Shown here piece by piece: positions 58,924 to 64,000 of a stretch of 64,000 nucleotides of DNA; position 1 is the first letter of the stretch; every line of letters begins with the position of its first letter. A program made the position numbers and the translations under genes. The notes beneath the pieces are model-generated. The model made no database searches and had not been told where the DNA came from. It saw only the letters and a list, made by a program, of their open reading frames with translations. This DNA comes from Rhodothermales bacterium (GTDB taxonomy: Bacteria > Bacteroidota > Rhodothermia > Rhodothermales > Bin80). The DNA is taken from assembly GCA_965200825.1 (NCBI GenBank), contig OZ241385.1, positions 1,134,980-1,198,979 of the forward strand, read 5' to 3'.

Positions 58924-61900
58924 TTATAAATCAAATCCAAAGAGGACTCCAAAGTGCCACTGGACCTGTTTTCCGTAACTGACGCTGGACTGTGTACTAA
59001 TAAAGGCATCGTCCAGCTTCACCTCAAATGAGTCAAGTCCATAGGTTGCACTCACAAACAGTGCGGTTGGCAGAAGATAATAGCTTCCCATCATCAATCG
59101 CAATTCTGCACCAACATCTTTACGAAGTGCTGCACTCTCCGGTCGAACCTGTGCACCGTCAGCGTACAATCTCATGAATGCTTTGTCTAGATACACCGGG
59201 CCGATTTGGCGCTTGATATCCGGCATGATGGGAAAGGTCCAGGAAGTTTGTAGCCATAAGGTCTCGGTCCCACCCAAGCCATAAAATGGGTAACCTCTCG
59301 CTCCAGATAATCCCCCGATATAGTCAAAATAAAAAGAATCTGCATTCTTGCCAAATAAGGTTGATGCACTCAGTCTTAGGCTTAGACCATGCGAGGTTCC
59401 ATATATTTGGCCGGGCAGTCGAATGCCGCCTCCCAAATCCACTCTAAGTCGGTGCAATGTACTTGAATTGTAAACTGGTACCAATTGCCCGTCCCGAATA
59501 TCAAACTGATCCAATAATCTGCCTGTTTCTCGGTGATAGGAGGCAGTCATACGAATTCCCGTACGCATGATATCTGACTCTCGGTGAGGGCGCATCAATT
59601 CCATATAGACATTTGCCATATAACTCCGCCCAATATAATAACGAGACGAAGTACTGGGGATCCAGTCCGCTAACTCTCTTGAAAAAAATCGATTAGTTGT
59701 CACACGATAAGGGCTATAACGGTATCCGGTCTCAAGTAAAATATACCTGTTGACCTTACTCCGCAGATAGATGTTTCCCTCCCATAGACCATACGTCAAA
59801 TCAGCATTGGTCGTTTCTGGCAAACAGGCTGTACAGGGATGCTCTTCAATAGATAACCCGCGTTCAACCATGCGCTGAATGTTAAACAGTTGGATAGAGA
59901 TTTGCGGGGACCATCGTTTGGGGATCAATCGAAATCCTTTACCATAGTCGAATTGTAAAAACGCATCTCGCTCCAATGCCAACAAATTGGCCGGAGCAAG
60001 AATCTGACCGCCCTCATGAGATCCTGGCCCAACCAGCAGCCCACCAAACAGGCTCATGCCTTCCAGAATTTCTCTGGACGAAACGTATGCCCCGAATTTG
60101 AGATTCCTCCAGAATGTCTCTGCCCTACCCTGAATACGCCCCTCAAGTTGACGTTCTACATATTGATCCAGTCGTATCACCGGCGAAACTGTGAATCCTG
60201 TGAATGCGGCTCCGTAAGAAGATATCTGTAATGAATCGATCCCTACCGGTGTTTTTTCAGCAAGTACTTCCGAGAGTTCACTTGCGGTTATTTCCATTAC
60301 GTCGGCATCGTTGCTCGAGTCGGCAGTATGCGTTACCCTGGAAATGAGCTCGGGAAAAGTATAGGAGGCGGTTGATTTCAGAGCTTGGGGCGATTCCAGC
60401 AAAGCTATTTTATATCCATCCCATTTGTAAGCAGCATAGGCAATCGTTCCATCCGGCCCCCTGTCAGGCATGAAAGCTCCCCCTGTCACTTGAGTCAGTT
60501 GTTCAGGACCAGTATCGGTCAATCGGTAAATATTGTAGATCCCATTTGCATCGGAAGCATAATGCACAATACCATCGGCAATCATAGGAGATCGCTCATC
60601 GGCAGATGTTTGCAGAACAGATTCAAAATTTGCCCCGTCTGCCTTGATTCTCCAAAGATCGTTCCCATGGCCTCCTGGATCAAGCTGTGCATAATAAATC
60701 CAGTTTCCATACCATGCAGGGCCGGTCACCTGTGTTCCATTTGAAAATTTTGTGACAGCTCTTGTCTCTCCTGTCTGCACGTCAAGTAGCCAGATATTGC
60801 TCGTACCATCACCGGATACCACATATGCGATCCTTGTTCCAGTGGAATCCCATGCAGGCTGTGACGCACGTGCATCTTGCGTTAGCTGCGAAGATTTTTG
60901 AGTCTCCAAATCCACTAAATGAAGATCCGTATACAGAAATCCCTCTGAAGTAGTTTTCTGTCGGGCATAGACAAGTGCATTTCCATCCGGATGCCAAGCA
61001 GCTCCACCAGTAACACCTGATTTAACCCGATGACCAAGAGAGCAGATATGATCACCGATTGCAACCCCTAAGTCATGAGCGATCACCATGTCATTTTCCA
61101 AATCTCGTACATACAGGCTCACTCGGCTATAGTATTCTCCTTTATTGGTAATGTAGGCAAGTTTTGTACCGTCAGGAGAAAACCGTGGAAAATAATTTGC
61201 AAAACCGGATGGTTCAATAATCGTTCCAACAGTAAGCAAATTCTTTATAGGGGAGAGTGCTTGTTTGTATGCATTAGCCAATTCTTCAAGCCATAAGTTG
61301 TATATCTCTTTTCCATTTGTACCGGTTGCCAACTTGATGGCGCGTTCCACTCGCCATGTATCCCAACGGCGTAAATGATCGCTGATTTCGGATAATACTT
61401 CGGATCCATATTTCTGCGCTAAATAGAGTGAAAATGCAAATCCATAATTATAAACACCTTCACGCATCAGGCTATTTTTGGAGTAAAAACTTCCCAGTTC
61501 GTTGAGGCTCAGAGTTTTGTTTTCCAGAATTCGTGTTCGAAGCAACATGTCTCTGTGCGAATCCCATAAATCATAGTGAAAATGATCATGTTGATATTGT
61601 GCGGTTCCCTCGGCGAGCCATGCCGGGTTATTCAGGCCAACAAGAGGGTAGCTTACAAGTACATTGGGATATCCGTACAATACATCGGGGCGTCGAACTT
61701 TCTCATAATCCAGTATCTGGAGATATCCGAACGGGATAGTTCGTGGAAGCTTCATGGCTGCCTGTACCTGTACAATATGCGTAAACTCGTGCGTGATTAC
61801 ATTACGTAGCCAATCACTGGCTCCACGCAAAGGTGAATTCAGCGCGGGAGCCCAAATTTCAATCTTGTTGTCAAAAAAGAATGCTGCTCCGTTGGAATAA

Positions 61901-62184
61901 TCTTCATAATCTTTAAGAATAATATGAACCTTGCCACTCGGCTCATGCCCATAAAGGCGGGTGATCGGCCCATAGATCTCTTCTGCTATGCGTGCTGCTA
62001 CCTGTGCAGAACGGCTTGCGCCATTTCCTGCATCATCTGCATGAAACAGAACCGTAAAGTGCTCAGTCTCAATCTGATACCACTCCAGAGTCGGACGACT
62101 AAAATCGATGAGGTTTGGAGATACCTGTGCCTGTGTAGACCCTACGATTCCTACTACTATAAGAATACCGAAGAGCCACCTCAT
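58924..62184 (-). CDS. Outer-membrane protein combining an N-terminal zincin-like domain (HEFTH), PD40/TolB-like beta-propeller repeats and a C-terminal Omp85-type beta-barrel
   Basis: The preferred start is ATG 62184 (MRWLFGILIVVGIVGSTQAQ signal peptide), which forms ATGA with the upstream stop. The track ORF starts at 62286. It has the HExxH motif VITHEFTHIV and PD40-like units (FSPDGTKLAYI, WHPDGNALVYA, WDSTGTRIAYV, GPDGTIAYA). The C-terminus has the Omp85 loop-6-like GARGY followed by LYADGA and GAELRL. Confidence 0.8.
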   Translation of the reverse strand: MRWLFGILIVVGIVGSTQAQVSPNLIDFSRPTLEWYQIETEHFTVLFHADDAGNGASRSAQVAARIAEEIYGPITRLYGHEPSGKVHIILKDYEDYSNGAAFFFDNKIEIWAPALNSPLRGASDWLRNVITHEFTHIVQVQAAMKLPRTIPFGYLQILDYEKVRRPDVLYGYPNVLVSYPLVGLNNPAWLAEGTAQYQHDHFHYDLWDSHRDMLLRTRILENKTLSLNELGSFYSKNSLMREGVYNYGFAFSLYLAQKYGSEVLSEISDHLRRWDTWRVERAIKLATGTNGKEIYNLWLEELANAYKQALSPIKNLLTVGTIIEPSGFANYFPRFSPDGTKLAYITNKGEYYSRVSLYVRDLENDMVIAHDLGVAIGDHICSLGHRVKSGVTGGAAWHPDGNALVYARQKTTSEGFLYTDLHLVDLETQKSSQLTQDARASQPAWDSTGTRIAYVVSGDGTSNIWLLDVQTGETRAVTKFSNGTQVTGPAWYGNWIYYAQLDPGGHGNDLWRIKADGANFESVLQTSADERSPMIADGIVHYASDANGIYNIYRLTDTGPEQLTQVTGGAFMPDRGPDGTIAYAAYKWDGYKIALLESPQALKSTASYTFPELISRVTHTADSSNDADVMEITASELSEVLAEKTPVGIDSLQISSYGAAFTGFTVSPVIRLDQYVERQLEGRIQGRAETFWRNLKFGAYVSSREILEGMSLFGGLLVGPGSHEGGQILAPANLLALERDAFLQFDYGKGFRLIPKRWSPQISIQLFNIQRMVERGLSIEEHPCTACLPETTNADLTYGLWEGNIYLRSKVNRYILLETGYRYSPYRVTTNRFFSRELADWIPSTSSRYYIGRSYMANVYMELMRPHRESDIMRTGIRMTASYHRETGRLLDQFDIRDGQLVPVYNSSTLHRLRVDLGGGIRLPGQIYGTSHGLSLRLSASTLFGKNADSFYFDYIGGLSGARGYPFYGLGGTETLWLQTSWTFPIMPDIKRQIGPVYLDKAFMRLYADGAQVRPESAALRKDVGAELRLMMGSYYLLPTALFVSATYGLDSFEVKLDDAFISTQSSVSYGKQVQWHFGVLFGFDL

Positions 62185-64000
62185 CGAATGATTGCGAGTT
62201 TGATCAAACGGGAGTCCGTTATCCCCGAAGTAGATGTTGCTTGAACTCGAGCATAATATATTCCACTTGCTGCATCCGAGTGCCAAAAAATTTCATGAGG
62301 AACCCCAGCGGAAGTAGTAAAACTGAATGAATCTATCAGCGACCCTGCCTCGTCTACGACGGTAACAGATATATCCGAGGCTTCACTTGTCATACATCGA
62401 AAGAATGTCGATCCGTCCCGAACCGGATTGGGCCAATTATAGGTTTCGGCAGGATTGAGAAGAGGAAGCGTTTCAACGGGGTCGGATACCAAAGTCACAA
62501 AGCTTGAGTTATGGCTGTTTCCATGCTGTTCTGACCAGAGTATGCGTGTAGCATCTTGCAACGTATAACTCCGAAGAACACCTGACTGGGTTATAACTGT
62601 TAAACTATCACTTGAAATATGTGGATTCCCTTGCAGGGAATAGCCTGCGGATAAAGGAAATCCTGGCACTATATCACCGTTCTGCCCAAGATCAAAGGCA
62701 TACACATTACCGTCGGTCGCAGCCACAACAACTACGAGTCCATCGTTGGATTCATAGATCAGTGGGGAATTGACGGCGGGCGCATCAATCTGGATGGGAA
62801 ACGGAGGAAGCAGGGCTCCGCCCTGAGAAAATGCTATGACCTGGTTCCCAACGGTCGTCAGGACGTCCAATACCCCATCCTGATTCAAATCTGCCATAGC
62901 CAGTACCTTCGAAAAATGATCTTCTCCAAAATATGCAGATCCGGGAATTTGAATGACTGAACCATCCGGCTGCAAGAACACGAGATTTCTTGAAAGAGGA
63001 ATTGCTCCCCAAATTCCAGTACGATCCCTTCCCATCACTGGAGAGCCTGTATCTCCATCAAGATTATACATCCAAACAGATGGTGCATCTATCGGTCCTG
63101 CCTGAGATCGCCCCAAAAAATATACACCTGCATCTGTTGCAACTAGCCCCAGTCCTTGATCAGGAATATCGTATGAATCTATGGTGTTGTTTGCAGAAAT
63201 TTGAACTACACTGGTACGATCCGTATCTGATAACAAAACGTAATGTGCATTACCATCGTAGATTACCGGGCTTTGGGCAGGTAGCTGACTCGGAAGTGGA
63301 AACGATTCAGTTAAATTGAGTCGTCCATCCTTGACTGTATAACGGTTGAACGTAGAATTTGAAGTTGTTTTGTTATCTATTCCTGTGATACTTCCTGAGG
63401 AAAAGACTGGACGTGCAGACATATTGACGCGACCTACCCCCGGCACCAATACTTCGGTCCCTGTATATACCGCGCTATGACTTCCGATTGAACTGACACT
63501 GCTTTTCATATCTGCAGTCACTCCAAGAGAAACAGTTTTCCGAGCAGCAACAGCTCCATCCGTATCTTTGCGAAACGAAAACGACATGATCGGGCCTGAA
63601 ACGGAAAAGTTTTCCAATACCAGAAAACTGTTCCCTCCCCCGTTCGTCTCGCTGTTCGGATAGGTGTCAGGTCCGAACCGATTCTCATAGAGAGCAATGA
63701 CACGGCCGGAAGGAAGAGATACACTTACAGGGTTTCCCTCAAAATAGAAATCAAAAGGAGCACCAACATTGCCATCAAATCCAATATCTTGGGCCCCATC
63801 TGCCTCTTCAACATCTACTGCCCGCCTATTGGGATCATTGTTCCCTGTCTGTGAAAACTGACGCTCATCTACATGCCAAATCAGAATTCCACCATTGTAT
63901 TGCTGCTGATCTGAATCCCAACCAGGCAAGGCAAAATCATAGGCATTTACCTGTGTCACTACCCCGCCCTGAAATCCACTAACATCGAATCGATTAAAAT
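62181..64000 (-). CDS. Secreted FG-GAP/beta-propeller protein with a peptidase-like N-proximal segment and a T9SS C-terminal sorting domain. The 5' end lies beyond the right window edge.
   Basis: The frame stays open upstream of the track's GTG 63959 to position 64000 (FNRFDVSGFQGGVV...). GGILIWHVDE...AVDVEEADGAQDIGF resembles M6/InhA-type peptidases. ADLNQDGVLDVL is an FG-GAP-type Ca-binding loop. The last ~85 aa (YNWPNPVRDGSTFF...SGIYYARVQ...IKLAIIR) fit the type A T9SS CTD. Confidence 0.8.
   Translation of the reverse strand, partial: FNRFDVSGFQGGVVTQVNAYDFALPGWDSDQQQYNGGILIWHVDERQFSQTGNNDPNRRAVDVEEADGAQDIGFDGNVGAPFDFYFEGNPVSVSLPSGRVIALYENRFGPDTYPNSETNGGGNSFLVLENFSVSGPIMSFSFRKDTDGAVAARKTVSLGVTADMKSSVSSIGSHSAVYTGTEVLVPGVGRVNMSARPVFSSGSITGIDNKTTSNSTFNRYTVKDGRLNLTESFPLPSQLPAQSPVIYDGNAHYVLLSDTDRTSVVQISANNTIDSYDIPDQGLGLVATDAGVYFLGRSQAGPIDAPSVWMYNLDGDTGSPVMGRDRTGIWGAIPLSRNLVFLQPDGSVIQIPGSAYFGEDHFSKVLAMADLNQDGVLDVLTTVGNQVIAFSQGGALLPPFPIQIDAPAVNSPLIYESNDGLVVVVAATDGNVYAFDLGQNGDIVPGFPLSAGYSLQGNPHISSDSLTVITQSGVLRSYTLQDATRILWSEQHGNSHNSSFVTLVSDPVETLPLLNPAETYNWPNPVRDGSTFFRCMTSEASDISVTVVDEAGSLIDSFSFTTSAGVPHEIFWHSDAASGIYYARVQATSTSGITDSRLIKLAIIR

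Overview
This 64 kb window is mostly core chromosome from a compact, moderately AT-rich bacterium, probably of the Bacteroidota/Balneolota/Rhodothermota (FCB) lineage. That placement is inferred from a T9SS-type C-terminal sorting domain, an argF'-type transcarbamylase and frequent ATGA/TAATG gene overlaps.

Recognisable core content:
- modAB, an HU/IHF-like gene, ppc and moaA.
- An arginine operon, argG-argC-argD-argF'-argB-argE.
- A convergent 9.6 kb branched-chain operon, ilvB-ilvN-ilvC-leuB-leuA-leuC-leuD-cimA.
- purD, mutS, hpt, tilS, mutL, cdsA, tRNA-Arg(CCG) and a DAACS symporter.

Accessory or unusual content:
1. A 2312-aa adhesin with Ig-like, Calx-beta, PKD and cadherin modules and an autotransporter-like C-terminal barrel. 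It carries about 3.3 almost identical 291-bp tandem repeats.
2. A complete-ended ISL3 element with 8-bp target duplications but a broken transposase.
3. A hipBA toxin-antitoxin pair behind a 630-bp ORF-free stretch.
4. An apparently frameshifted FkbM methyltransferase next to a 670-bp ORF-poor stretch.
5. A right-edge operon in which a T9SS-sorted FG-GAP/peptidase-like protein is translationally coupled to a protein combining a zincin-like domain, PD40 propellers and an Omp85-type barrel. A TlpA-like thioredoxin follows.

A long minus-strand frame at the left edge (1-2264) is missing from the ORF track.

I saw no CRISPR array, rRNA, integrase or recognisable defence system. The most plausible candidates for undescribed biology are domain-architecture oddities (items 1 and 5), and these rest on motif recognition rather than database searches.
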